From: Deltaproteobacteria bacterium
Lineage (GTDB): Bacteria > Myxococcota_A > Polyangia > Fen-1088
Direction: 5' to 3'
DNA length: 64,000 bases
Assembly: GCA_033763315.1 (NCBI GenBank)
Contig: JANRKS010000001.1
Location: forward strand, 64,001-128,000
Below are positions 48,056-57,485 of the stretch, piece after piece. The notes under the pieces were generated by a model. The model searched no databases and was not told where the DNA came from. It saw only the letters and a program-made list of their open reading frames with translations. Position 1 is the stretch's first letter, and each line of letters starts with the position of its first letter. The translations under genes were made by a program, and so were the position numbers.

Positions 48056-50707
48056 ATGCCAAAGCTGCCCAAAGCGCCTGGATCACCCCTGCGTGTGTCG
48101 CGACGAACCCTCTTGGGGGGAGCCGCGCTGGTTGCGGGGGTGGGACAAAGCGCGGAAGCCAAGGGCGCGCCCGCCGTGGTCCCAATCCGCCCGAACGCCG
48201 GTCCCGCGAACAAAGTGCCGCTGACCACGGCGCCGCCTGTGCCGGTGCACGCCAACGCCCACGCGTCGTGGCTTTGGTATCCCTCCGAACGCACATTGCC
48301 CAACACGTTCGTGCTGTTCCGTCGTGTTGTGAAGCTGGCTGCAAAGCCGCGCAGCGCCCCTGTGTGGGTGAGTGCTGACAGCCGCTATCTGTTGACCGTC
48401 AATGGCGTGCGCGTTCACTTTGGTCCTTCGCCCTGTGATCCGCGCGCGCTTGAAGCCGATCCGATCGATCTTGCCCCTTATCTTGAAGCTGGGGAAAACG
48501 TGATTGGGGCAACCGTACTGTTCTACGGCACGGGTGATGGGACGTGGGTGCTGGGCAAGCCTGGCTTTTTGATGATGGGCAACATCGATGGCACCGCGAA
48601 CGGAAGCCTCGACACCGACGACCAATGGTTGTGTCACCTCTGTCAGTCATGGCGGCCGGGGCACGCCAAGCGATCATACTTACGGGCGCTGCAGGAGGAG
48701 TTCGATGCGCGCTTGCATCCGCACGGCTGGGATCGCCGGGGGTTTGTCACCGATGCCAGCTGGCATAAGCCCATGCTGCTGGACGCCCCGCCCACGCGCC
48801 CGCCGTTGACCTCAAGCTACCGCGATGAATTCACGGATGCCGGGGCCAAAGACTTGGATCTGCGCGTTGTGCAGCGAACGATTCCGTTGTTGCTGGAGAC
48901 GCCCGTGGCAGCCACGTTTGTGGAAGCCCATCGTGTGGCATGGCGCGTTCCAGCGTCTGAGTACTTTGATTTTCGCGTGCCCAACGCCTGCACGAACGCG
49001 GGCGATGCGCACGTAAATGTGGCCGCCGGGGGCGTTTCGTTTACGGCGGATGCCAAGTTCGGCGTGGCGCTGACGTATGTGCTGCCCGAGCAGATGGTGG
49101 GCTTTCCGCGCTTGCAGATCACAGCGCCTGCGGGGACCACGGTTGAGGTGATGATTCAAGAGGCGCACGTTCCCAACAGCGTGCCCGTGATGAACACGCA
49201 CCGCCACAGCTGGGCGCGCTTTGTGTGCCGCGAGGGAACGAACGAATTCACACACTTTGATTTCGAGTGTTGCCGCTTCATCCAGCTGCATGTGCATGGC
49301 GCACAAGGAAACGTGAAGGTGCAAGGTGTGGGCCTGTTGCGCCGCACGTACCCGTTCGCGCAAAAGCCGATCGTGCAGGTTGACGATCCAGCGCTGCAGA
49401 AACTGGTGCAGGCGTCGTTCAACATGATCGCCAACAACTCGCAAGAGACGATGGTGGATGGCATGGGGCGCGAGCGCCAACAGTACAGCGGCGACATCGG
49501 CCACGGCGTGATTGCGCTCAATGGTTTGCTCGGTGAATCGCGCTTGCCTGCACGGTTTCTGTCAACCTGGAGCCAAGGCCTCACGCTGGATGGATATTTT
49601 CTTGATTGTTGGCCGGCCACCGACCGCTTGAACCGGCTGGCGCAACGGCAGCTGGGCATCACGCCTTGGGGGCCGTTGCTGGATCACGGCGTGGGCTTCA
49701 TGTTCGATTGCCACAACCATTACATGTACACCGGGCACCTTGATGACGTGATGGTTCCCACGCAACGCTTGTTTCGCTTCTTCGATTACCTGCGCGCGCA
49801 GATCACACCGGAAGGCCTTCTGCCTGTGGAAGATTTGGGCGCGCCGACGGTGTGGATCGATCACGACGCGTTTGTGCAGCAAAAACACAAACAATGTGCC
49901 TACAACCTTTATGTGGTTGCCGCACTTTCGCGCGCGCTGGCACCATTGGCCGTTGCTCTAGGTGAAAGCAAACGCGGCAAAGACATCACGACGTTTGCGC
50001 GGAAACTGCTGAGCGCCACGATCGCCAAGTTCTGGGATCGCAATGCGAAGATCTTCGTGGCGAATTTGCCATGGGCCGCCAGTGAAGGTGCTGCGCGGCT
50101 TGATGATCGTTCACTTGCAACGTCGGTGTTGTTTGATCTGTGCCCACGGCACGAAACACAGGCGGCCACCAAGGCCCTGATCGAGAAGCCGAAGACGATG
50201 GGGCTTTCCTATCCTGCGAACGTCGTGTGGAATGTGTGGGCGCTTGGCGCTGCGGGCCGCGCTGACGCCGTGGTGCAAGAGCTGCGTTCCCGCTGGGTGA
50301 ATTTGCAATCGGTGCGCGAGAACAACACTCTTAGTGAACACTGGGTGGTGCATCCCGACACGCGCGAACAATGGTCGCATGCACCGTTGGCGCCGCTGCT
50401 GGCCTTTCCCATGGTGTTTGCAGGCATACGGCCAACCTCGCCTGGCTTTGCCACGGCCGAGATCGCGCCTCAGCTGGCGGGGTTGCCCAGCTTGCGCGTG
50501 GGTGTGCACACGCCGTTTGGGCCACTGGAGTTGCAAGCCGACGGCGTGGCCGGGCATCGCGGTGTGGCTGTGTCGGTGCCTAAAGGCGTCGAAGCCGTTT
50601 TGGTGGTGTCACCGCACGAGACGCTCAGTTTGGCGAAGGCCGGCGCGGGTCGATACAAGTTGCCCGCCGGCGCGACAACACGCGTGGTGCTGTCGCATGC
50701 CGGCTAG
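48056..50707 (+). CDS. GH78 alpha-L-rhamnosidase-like hydrolase, Tat-exported
   Basis: SRRTLL twin-arginine signal, SADSRY, D..GRERQQYSGD, TLSEHW, SHA. Confidence 0.8.
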   Translation: MPKLPKAPGSPLRVSRRTLLGGAALVAGVGQSAEAKGAPAVVPIRPNAGPANKVPLTTAPPVPVHANAHASWLWYPSERTLPNTFVLFRRVVKLAAKPRSAPVWVSADSRYLLTVNGVRVHFGPSPCDPRALEADPIDLAPYLEAGENVIGATVLFYGTGDGTWVLGKPGFLMMGNIDGTANGSLDTDDQWLCHLCQSWRPGHAKRSYLRALQEEFDARLHPHGWDRRGFVTDASWHKPMLLDAPPTRPPLTSSYRDEFTDAGAKDLDLRVVQRTIPLLLETPVAATFVEAHRVAWRVPASEYFDFRVPNACTNAGDAHVNVAAGGVSFTADAKFGVALTYVLPEQMVGFPRLQITAPAGTTVEVMIQEAHVPNSVPVMNTHRHSWARFVCREGTNEFTHFDFECCRFIQLHVHGAQGNVKVQGVGLLRRTYPFAQKPIVQVDDPALQKLVQASFNMIANNSQETMVDGMGRERQQYSGDIGHGVIALNGLLGESRLPARFLSTWSQGLTLDGYFLDCWPATDRLNRLAQRQLGITPWGPLLDHGVGFMFDCHNHYMYTGHLDDVMVPTQRLFRFFDYLRAQITPEGLLPVEDLGAPTVWIDHDAFVQQKHKQCAYNLYVVAALSRALAPLAVALGESKRGKDITTFARKLLSATIAKFWDRNAKIFVANLPWAASEGAARLDDRSLATSVLFDLCPRHETQAATKALIEKPKTMGLSYPANVVWNVWALGAAGRADAVVQELRSRWVNLQSVRENNTLSEHWVVHPDTREQWSHAPLAPLLAFPMVFAGIRPTSPGFATAEIAPQLAGLPSLRVGVHTPFGPLELQADGVAGHRGVAVSVPKGVEAVLVVSPHETLSLAKAGAGRYKLPAGATTRVVLSHAG

Positions 50708-50720
50708 GCGCTGAACAACG

Positions 50721-51515
50721 TTACTGATTCACGCCGCTGGCCAAAAAGCCGCCATCCACGGGGAAGGTTTGCCCAGTGATGAAGCTGGCGGATTCCGACG
50801 CCAAGAAAACCGCACAACCTGCGAGCTCTTGCAGCTGACCGAAGCGCTGCATGGGTGTTCGCAATTTCAATTCAGCACCGCGGGGCGTGCCATCCAACAA
50901 CGCCGCGTTCAAATCCGTGCGAAACACGCCGGGCGCAATCGCGTTCACGTTCACACCTCGCGGCGCCCATTCGATGGCCAACGATTTGGTCAACGACACC
51001 ACGGCCGACTTGCTGGCGCCATACGCCGCCACTTCATAAAGCGCCACGTAGCTTGTGAGCGACGCAATGTTGATAATGCGGCCGTACTTGCGTTCGAGCA
51101 TGCCACGGCCAAACGCTTGGCAAGCGCGCAGCGTGCCCGTGACGTTGGTGTCCATGATGGCGTTCCATTCGTCCTCGCTCACCTCAAGGGTGGGCGTGCG
51201 TTTGGTGCGGCCAGCGCAGTTCACCAAGATGTCAACTTTGCCCAGTTTTTCGGTCACCTTATCGTTTAGGTCCTGCAGCGACGAACGGCTTGTGACGTCC
51301 GACGTCATGGCCACCGTTTTACGTCCAGCGGCGGTGATGGCCGCGCTGACTTTTTCCACCTCGTCTTTGCGACGTGAAGTGGCCACCACGTCGGCGCCTG
51401 CCGCCAAGAAGCCGTCAACGATGGCGCGGCCGATGCCACTTGTGCCACCAATCACCACAGCCACACGGCCGGCCAGCGACATCGATGCAGGTAACGGAGC
51501 GGAAGAGGAAGTCAT
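50721..51515 (-). CDS. SDR oxidoreductase (gluconate 5-dehydrogenase / KduD-like)
   Basis: GGTSGIG, DILVNCAG, YGASK, NAIAPG, RTPMQRFG, VDGG. Confidence 0.9.
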   Translation of the reverse strand: MTSSSAPLPASMSLAGRVAVVIGGTSGIGRAIVDGFLAAGADVVATSRRKDEVEKVSAAITAAGRKTVAMTSDVTSRSSLQDLNDKVTEKLGKVDILVNCAGRTKRTPTLEVSEDEWNAIMDTNVTGTLRACQAFGRGMLERKYGRIINIASLTSYVALYEVAAYGASKSAVVSLTKSLAIEWAPRGVNVNAIAPGVFRTDLNAALLDGTPRGAELKLRTPMQRFGQLQELAGCAVFLASESASFITGQTFPVDGGFLASGVNQ

Positions 51516-51691
51516 GGAATCCTTTCATGCGGGCGTCATCGCCCAGGGTACCGGGAAGAAACGAGACGTTGGCACCTTGTGCCGGCCGTCTCCAGACAAA
51601 ACGTGAGGCTTCACCTCAATGTGTGACGAGGATCAGGAAAAACTTGCCTAGCAAACCTTATCACCAAGGCAAACCGTGCCGACGTTCCCCT

Positions 51692-52027
51692 ATGCGCATG
51701 GTTGGCTCGAACGTCGCGTTAAGTGCCTCTTACGAGCCGCGGCGCGCCGATTCGCCGCAAACACCGGTGCGTTCATGGATGGCCGCCGCGTTGACAAGCC
51801 ACGCCATGGCGGCGACCTCACGAACGACGCACACCGCCCAAAGCGACGCCGAGAAGAAGTTCGATCCCGCGCTTTTGGACTGGTTCATCTTCTTGAAGAC
51901 GAAGAATCCGGATAGTGACCCAACGGCGGCCGTCGAAGGGGTGGAAGAGATCCGGCGCCTGTACAAGCAGGCGGGCCCGTCTTATGGGGCGCAGGCAAAG
52001 CCAACGAAAACGCACGTTGTCGCGTAG
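51692..52027 (+). CDS. Small hypothetical protein
   Basis: 3' part of the 51374 ORF, filling the gap between the SDR and gshB, with a protein-like C-terminal half. Start uncertain. Confidence 0.45.
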   Translation: MRMVGSNVALSASYEPRRADSPQTPVRSWMAAALTSHAMAATSRTTHTAQSDAEKKFDPALLDWFIFLKTKNPDSDPTAAVEGVEEIRRLYKQAGPSYGAQAKPTKTHVVA

Positions 52028-52039
52028 CGGCCTGCAACC

Positions 52040-52993
52040 TCAGGACGGTTTGCGAGCCAACACTTTGGCTTCCAAGCGATCGATGAGCTTCTTCTCGAAC
52101 ACATCGTTGTAGAGCACGTTCGCCTCCAAGATGCCCGTGGGGCTGGTGACGTTGATTTCCGTCAAGAAGCCGCCAATCACATCCAAGCCCACCAAGAAAA
52201 AACCGGCGTCGCGCAACTTGGGACCCACAACGTCCACAATCGCTTGGTCGCGTTCAGTGAGGGTGGTGGCTTTGGCCTTGGCGCCCACGTGCAGGTTGCC
52301 GCGCGCTTCATCGGGCGCGGGCACGCGGAGCACCGCGCACAATGGTTCGCCATCGACCAGCAAGATGCGTTTATCGCCCTCGCGCACCTCAGGCAGGTAT
52401 TTCTGCGCCACGGTCCAACGGCGCCCCAGATTTGTGGCCTGCTCCAGGATCGAACCCGTGTTGGGATCGCCTTGACGCACGTGAAACACGCCGAAACCAC
52501 CTGACGCGTCCAACGGCTTGATGACCATTTCGCCGCCTTGTTCGGCCATGAACGCGCGCAACCGGGTGGCTTCCCGGGTGACGATCATCGGCGCCGTCAG
52601 CTTCGGGAACTGCAGCACCGAAAGCTTCTCGTTTGTTTCGCGCAAGCCGCGCGGATCGTTGAGCACCAACGTGCTTTCTCGCGCGCGCTCCAAAATCAAA
52701 GTGGCGAAGTAGTAATCGAGATCGAACGGCGGATCCTTTCGCATGAAAACCGCATCGAAGGTTTCAAGCGCACGCATGGCCTGGGGGCCAAGCAGATAGT
52801 GATCGCCCTTGCGCCTTCGAACGGTGGCGGGCCAGGTGGCGGCCACCGGCTTTTCATGTTCCAGGCCCAGGTGGTTTGGCTCGCAAAACCAAATCTCATG
52901 ACCGCGGCTTTGCGCTTCCAACATCATGGCGAACGTGGTGTCGCCATCGATCTGAATGCGCGCCAAAGGATCCATCACGAAGAGGAACTTCAT
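52040..52993 (-). CDS. gshB: Glutathione synthetase
   Basis: FVMDP, MRKDPPFD, NEKL, KPLD..GG, GDKRI, RGNL..G, GLDVIG..LTEINVTSPTG. Confidence 0.95.
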   Translation of the reverse strand: MKFLFVMDPLARIQIDGDTTFAMMLEAQSRGHEIWFCEPNHLGLEHEKPVAATWPATVRRRKGDHYLLGPQAMRALETFDAVFMRKDPPFDLDYYFATLILERARESTLVLNDPRGLRETNEKLSVLQFPKLTAPMIVTREATRLRAFMAEQGGEMVIKPLDASGGFGVFHVRQGDPNTGSILEQATNLGRRWTVAQKYLPEVREGDKRILLVDGEPLCAVLRVPAPDEARGNLHVGAKAKATTLTERDQAIVDVVGPKLRDAGFFLVGLDVIGGFLTEINVTSPTGILEANVLYNDVFEKKLIDRLEAKVLARKPS

Positions 52994-53006
52994 GTTGCTC
53001 AACAGC

Positions 53007-54530
53007 TTAGCTTTCGTCGTGCGTGTTTTCCAGCGGCGCTTCGGCCCCATCGTCACGCGTGGTTGTGGGCAGCAAATGCTCAAGACCGTGCTTGCGCATG
53101 CGGTAGTAAAGCGTGGACCGGTTGATACCTAAACTGCGCGCGGCGTGGGCAATGTTTCCCTGCATCTGTTCCACGGCCGCCACGATCTCGGCGCGCTCTT
53201 GTTCCGACAGCCGCTTATTGAGCGAACGGCTGGCCGAGCCTGACGTCAGCGTGGACACCGGCACGGGACCATGCGGGGCGGCGGGCGGCGTGGGCATGTT
53301 GGCCAAGCGGCGGCCGAAATCCAGGTCGTTTACGGTGACCTCTGCCCCCTGCGCCAAGATCAGCGCGCGTTCAATCACGTTCTCCAGTTCGCGTACGTTG
53401 CCGGGCCACGGGTAATGCGCCAGCATCGCCAGCGCGTCTGGGGCGATGCCTGACAGGCGTTTGCCGGTGGCGTTCGAAAACTTGTGGATGAAGTGCTCGC
53501 ACAGCACCGCCAAATCATCCAAGCGTTCGCGCAGCGGCGGCAACGTGATCGAGAAAACGTTGAGCCGGTAATACAGATCTTCGCGGAACTTCCCTTCCGA
53601 GATCATCTGTTCCAAATTGCGGTGCGTGGCTGAAATCACGCGCACATCCACGCGAACCGTTTCCACGCCGCCCACGCGTTCAAACTCGCGCTCTTGCAAC
53701 ACGCGCAGCAGCTTCACTTGCACTTCGGCGGGCAGATCGCCCACTTCATCCAAGAACAACGTGCCGCCATCAGCCAACTCAAAACGCCCCGCACGCCGGG
53801 CCATGGCGCCTGTAAACGCGCCCTTTTCGTGGCCAAAAAGTTCCGATTCTAAAATTCCTGGTGCCAAGGCCGCGCAGTTCACGCGCACGAATGGCCGTGA
53901 TTCACGCGTGCTGTTGATGTGAATCGCGCGCGCCACCATTTCTTTGCCGGTGCCTGTTTCGCCGCGCAGAAGCACAGTTGACGATGTGGGCGCCACCTGC
54001 TGCACCTTGCGCAACACATCTTTGAGCGGGTTCGATTCGCCCACGATTTCGCCGAAGTTAAACGCGCCGTGCGCTTCACGCGAAAGCAAACCCGCGTATT
54101 GGGTCAGCTGATCGGAAAGGCGTTGGTTCTCGCGCCGCAAGAAGAAGCGCTCCACCGCGTGCCGTAAGATGCCGCGCAATTCCTCGCGATCCCAGGGCTT
54201 GGTGACATAGCGATAGATGTGGCCCAAATTGATGGCTTCCACCAAAACGTCAACGTCGGTGAAGGCCGTCATAATGATGCCCACGGCGTCGGGGCGCACC
54301 GTGCGAATGGCGCGCAACAGTTCAAGCCCAGTCATGCGTGGCATACGTTGATCGGTGACAACCACGGCGACGTCTGTGGTCTTCGCGATCTCAAGCGCTT
54401 GGTCGCCGCCATCCGCGAGGTGCAGCGTGAACATGCGCGCGAAGTTGAAACGAAACGCGTCCAAGTTGTCGCGCTCGTCGTCCACCACCAGGATCGGAAA
54501 GCGGTTGTAGTCCCATGCCTCTGTCGCCAT
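53007..54530 (-). CDS. Sigma54-dependent response regulator (NtrC family: REC-AAA-HTH)
   Basis: VVDDE, TDQRMP, GETGTGKE, GAFTGA, FLDEVG, WPGNVREL and a Fis-type HTH. Confidence 0.95.
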   Translation of the reverse strand: MATEAWDYNRFPILVVDDERDNLDAFRFNFARMFTLHLADGGDQALEIAKTTDVAVVVTDQRMPRMTGLELLRAIRTVRPDAVGIIMTAFTDVDVLVEAINLGHIYRYVTKPWDREELRGILRHAVERFFLRRENQRLSDQLTQYAGLLSREAHGAFNFGEIVGESNPLKDVLRKVQQVAPTSSTVLLRGETGTGKEMVARAIHINSTRESRPFVRVNCAALAPGILESELFGHEKGAFTGAMARRAGRFELADGGTLFLDEVGDLPAEVQVKLLRVLQEREFERVGGVETVRVDVRVISATHRNLEQMISEGKFREDLYYRLNVFSITLPPLRERLDDLAVLCEHFIHKFSNATGKRLSGIAPDALAMLAHYPWPGNVRELENVIERALILAQGAEVTVNDLDFGRRLANMPTPPAAPHGPVPVSTLTSGSASRSLNKRLSEQERAEIVAAVEQMQGNIAHAARSLGINRSTLYYRMRKHGLEHLLPTTTRDDGAEAPLENTHDES

Positions 54531-54608
54531 GCGCCACGAAGTTAGCACGAAATGTGGCTCGGGCGGGATGCAAGGGCGGACCCAGCGATGCGCTTCTGGC
54601 GACGTTCG

Positions 54609-56453
54609 ATGACCCAGGATACTCTGCTGGCTGTGAGCTTTTCCGACAGCGAGGTGCAGGCGCGCGAGTCGCTCGCCCCTGCGCGCTTGGGCGCGGCTTT
54701 GGCCGTGGTGGCATTCACGGTTTACATGTGGCGCGGCAGCCTGGCGCCCTACCTCCTTGATTCGGCCGAATTGGCCGCGGCGTCGTTTGGTCTGGGTGTG
54801 GCACACCCCCCGGGCGAAGGTTTGGCGCTGTTGTGGGGGCGGCTGTTTTCGTTTTTACCCCTAGGCACAGTGGCCCTGCGTGTGAGCTTGGGGCAAAGCG
54901 TGTGCGGCGCGCTGGCCGTGGCGTTGCTCTATTTCACGACGTTTGCCGCCTGTCAGTTTCTACCGTCGCTCTTGCAACCTCAACGTCGCGTGCGCGCGGC
55001 CGTGTGCGCGGCTTGCGCCTTGGCTTTCGCGTTTTCGCCCGGCGCGGCGGATGTGTGCTCGCGTCCAGAGGTCTATGCTTTGGCGACGTTGCTGGCCTTG
55101 GCAACGTTGGTGTGCGCCCAGCAAGCCGCATTCGTTGGCGACGCGCGATGGGCCGTGGGGGCGGCGTTCTTGTTGGGCCTCAGCATGGCAAATCATCCTT
55201 TGATCGCTGGCACCGCGGGCGTGGGTGCGTTGGCGGCCTGCGTGCCGTTGTTGCCGCGCGCGTATCGAACGCGCGAGCGCGTGGCCTTGGTGGTGGCTGC
55301 GGTGGTGGCGTTTGCGTGTGGTGCTTTGTTTTTGCTTTATGTGCCGGTGCGAACGGCGGCGCTGTTCGCCGATCCCAACGCTGTGTTATGGGGTGACGCG
55401 CGAACTTGGCGCGGCTGGTGGTGGGTTCTCTCAGCGCGCACGTTTGCCGAAAAAAGCGCCATCGTTCATGGCAGTGCCGACCCCAGCAGCTTGCCATTTT
55501 TGTTTGTTGAAGAATTAGGCATCGCGGCCGCCTGTTTGGGTTTTGCGGGCGCGTATTCATTGGCGCGCTTTTCGCGCGCGGGTCGCTTCTTTGCCTTGAC
55601 CACAGCCTTGTCGGCCGCGGGCGCCATCGCTTCGGCGCTGGTGGGTGGCCTTGATCCGCACAACCCGGATGTCCGTGGATACCTGGGTTCTGCCTTCGCG
55701 TTGTGGAGCCTTTTTGCAGGGGTTGGCGCGTGCGCGCTCGCCACGCGCGTGGGGCGGTTACAAACGGCGGTGGCCGCGTTGTTGGGTATGGGTGTGGTGG
55801 CGCCGCATTTCATCGCGCTTGCTGCGGACGCATCGTTCCGTGATGGTGTGCGCGCTATCAGATCACCTGAGCGTTTAATCACGGAGGCAGCCTTTTCGTT
55901 ACCACCACGCACAGTGCTCACCACGGGGCATTTCGAAACCGCGTTCTTGCTGGCTTACAACCGCGCGGTGCAAGGGCAACGCCCTGACGTGCAATGGTTT
56001 CACGCGGGTTGGGCAAACGCGCCGGGTTACGCCGAGCGCATCGCTCGCTTCGCGCCGGCACTGTCTCCGCTTGTCGCGGGGCATGGCGTGATCACAAGCC
56101 AAAGCGTTGAAGCTTTATCAGAGCCCTTCGCGACCGAAGCCAGCGTGCCCCTGTCACCTGAATTGCCTGCCGGGTTGACATATGGTGAACAGCTTTGGCA
56201 TTGGCCCCCGCTTGCCAGGCTGCACGCTGACTTGCCCGTCGCCTCCACGACGCCGCTGAACCCGCAAGTCAAAGGCTTTATCGCGTGGCGGTTGTTTCAA
56301 GACGCGCGGCTTGCGTGTAAGGCCCAAAGCTCATTGGCACCATCATTCGTTGCGCAGGTTCAAAGCCTGCTGCCTGACGACGCGGTGACGGCGGCCTTGC
56401 CCACGTGGTGTGCGCAACAACGCGGGGCGAAGCCGATTCAACCTTCCAGATAA
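54609..56453 (+). CDS. DUF2723 / TMEM260-like GT-C membrane glycosyltransferase
   Basis: DSAELAAA..LGVAHPPG, EVYAL, NH, YVPVR, WGD, RPDV and multiple TMs. Start uncertain (54552 or 54609). Confidence 0.82.
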   Translation: MTQDTLLAVSFSDSEVQARESLAPARLGAALAVVAFTVYMWRGSLAPYLLDSAELAAASFGLGVAHPPGEGLALLWGRLFSFLPLGTVALRVSLGQSVCGALAVALLYFTTFAACQFLPSLLQPQRRVRAAVCAACALAFAFSPGAADVCSRPEVYALATLLALATLVCAQQAAFVGDARWAVGAAFLLGLSMANHPLIAGTAGVGALAACVPLLPRAYRTRERVALVVAAVVAFACGALFLLYVPVRTAALFADPNAVLWGDARTWRGWWWVLSARTFAEKSAIVHGSADPSSLPFLFVEELGIAAACLGFAGAYSLARFSRAGRFFALTTALSAAGAIASALVGGLDPHNPDVRGYLGSAFALWSLFAGVGACALATRVGRLQTAVAALLGMGVVAPHFIALAADASFRDGVRAIRSPERLITEAAFSLPPRTVLTTGHFETAFLLAYNRAVQGQRPDVQWFHAGWANAPGYAERIARFAPALSPLVAGHGVITSQSVEALSEPFATEASVPLSPELPAGLTYGEQLWHWPPLARLHADLPVASTTPLNPQVKGFIAWRLFQDARLACKAQSSLAPSFVAQVQSLLPDDAVTAALPTWCAQQRGAKPIQPSR

Positions 56454-56467
56454 CGGCGCTGCACGTG
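56427..56467 (+). repeat. 41-bp direct repeat, copy 1
   Basis: GCGAAGCCGATTCAACCTTCCAGATAACGGCGCTGCACGTG, 39/41 identical to 57445-57485. Confidence 0.9.
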
Positions 56468-56479
56468 CGACCGCATTCG

Positions 56480-57334
56480 TTAACGCGGTGGCGCCTTTCG
56501 CCTCGATGCGGGGTGATGGGGTGCTTCCACCAAGATACGAAATCCGATCGCGGCGTCTTTGTACTCGGGCGATACGGCGTGGCGAAATGAGCAGCGCTGC
56601 AAATGCAGGGGATTAAATGAGCAGCCGCCGCGAAACACACGCACTTTCGTAGACGTGGCTGGACCTTGCGGATCAACGGCGTCGCCACTTTCATAGGGCG
56701 CAAACCAATCGCTGGTCCATTCCCAAACGTTGCCGTGCAGATCAAGCAGCCCCAAGTTCGTGGGCTTCTTTAGACCAACCTCCTCTGATAGCCGCGCGGT
56801 TTTGGCGAACCAAGCGTACGCAGACAAATTCTCCTCGGTCACGCCAGGCGAGAACGGTCCTGGCCCTGCCGCTTGGCCGCCGCCTTTGCATGCTAGCTCC
56901 CATTCAGCCTCGGTGGGCAAACGGACTTTGCGGCCTGTTTGTTCCGAAAGCTTTGCACAAAACGCCTCAGCGTCTTCGAAAGTCACACCAACCACGGGTT
57001 TGTGGCTTCCGACGTTCGCGGCTTCGAAGTAACGATGTTCCGTGGCTGTGGGATTGTAGCCCATCACGGCTTCGTACTGCGCTTGAGTCACTTCTGTTTT
57101 TCCCAAATAGAAATCGCGCGTGATGGTTACGCGGTGCTGGGTTTCATTGCCCTCGCGCTTGCGCTCGGTGGCGGGCGAACCCATTTGAAATTGCCCCGCA
57201 CGGACCAAAACAAGGTCGATCGCATCTGTCCCCGGCACTTTCAGAACCGGCAGCGAAGGCGTCGGCTTCGCAAGCGCCAACGAAGGCAACCCAAGCATTG
57301 CAATCAACCCAAAAAGACAGCAACAACGTCGCAT
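56480..57334 (-). CDS. Formylglycine-generating enzyme (FGE/SUMF1) domain protein, exported
   Basis: FQMGS, EVTQAQY, RLPTEAEWE, GL.DLHGNVWEW, RGGC, IGFR and a signal peptide. Confidence 0.9.
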   Translation of the reverse strand: MRRCCCLFGLIAMLGLPSLALAKPTPSLPVLKVPGTDAIDLVLVRAGQFQMGSPATERKREGNETQHRVTITRDFYLGKTEVTQAQYEAVMGYNPTATEHRYFEAANVGSHKPVVGVTFEDAEAFCAKLSEQTGRKVRLPTEAEWELACKGGGQAAGPGPFSPGVTEENLSAYAWFAKTARLSEEVGLKKPTNLGLLDLHGNVWEWTSDWFAPYESGDAVDPQGPATSTKVRVFRGGCSFNPLHLQRCSFRHAVSPEYKDAAIGFRILVEAPHHPASRRKAPPR

Positions 57335-57444
57335 ACCCCCATGATAGGCAAAAGCCGGTGGCACGCATCGTCACGATTGCCTAGCGATGAACACAATGGC
57401 CGCGCGAACCCAGCGCCACCTTGTCACTGAGTGTCACGTGGCGA

Positions 57445-57485
57445 GCGAAGCCGCTTCAACCTTCCAGATAGCGGCGCTGCACGTG
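57445..57485 (+). repeat. 41-bp direct repeat, copy 2
   Basis: GCGAAGCCGCTTCAACCTTCCAGATAGCGGCGCTGCACGTG, containing the stop codon of the M32 gene. Confidence 0.9.

Noticed and set aside
53007-54530. Naming the NtrC-family regulator pilR
   Set aside because: There is no adjacent pilS and it lies 14 kb from pilA. Myxobacteria have many such paralogs, so orthology cannot be assigned by eye.
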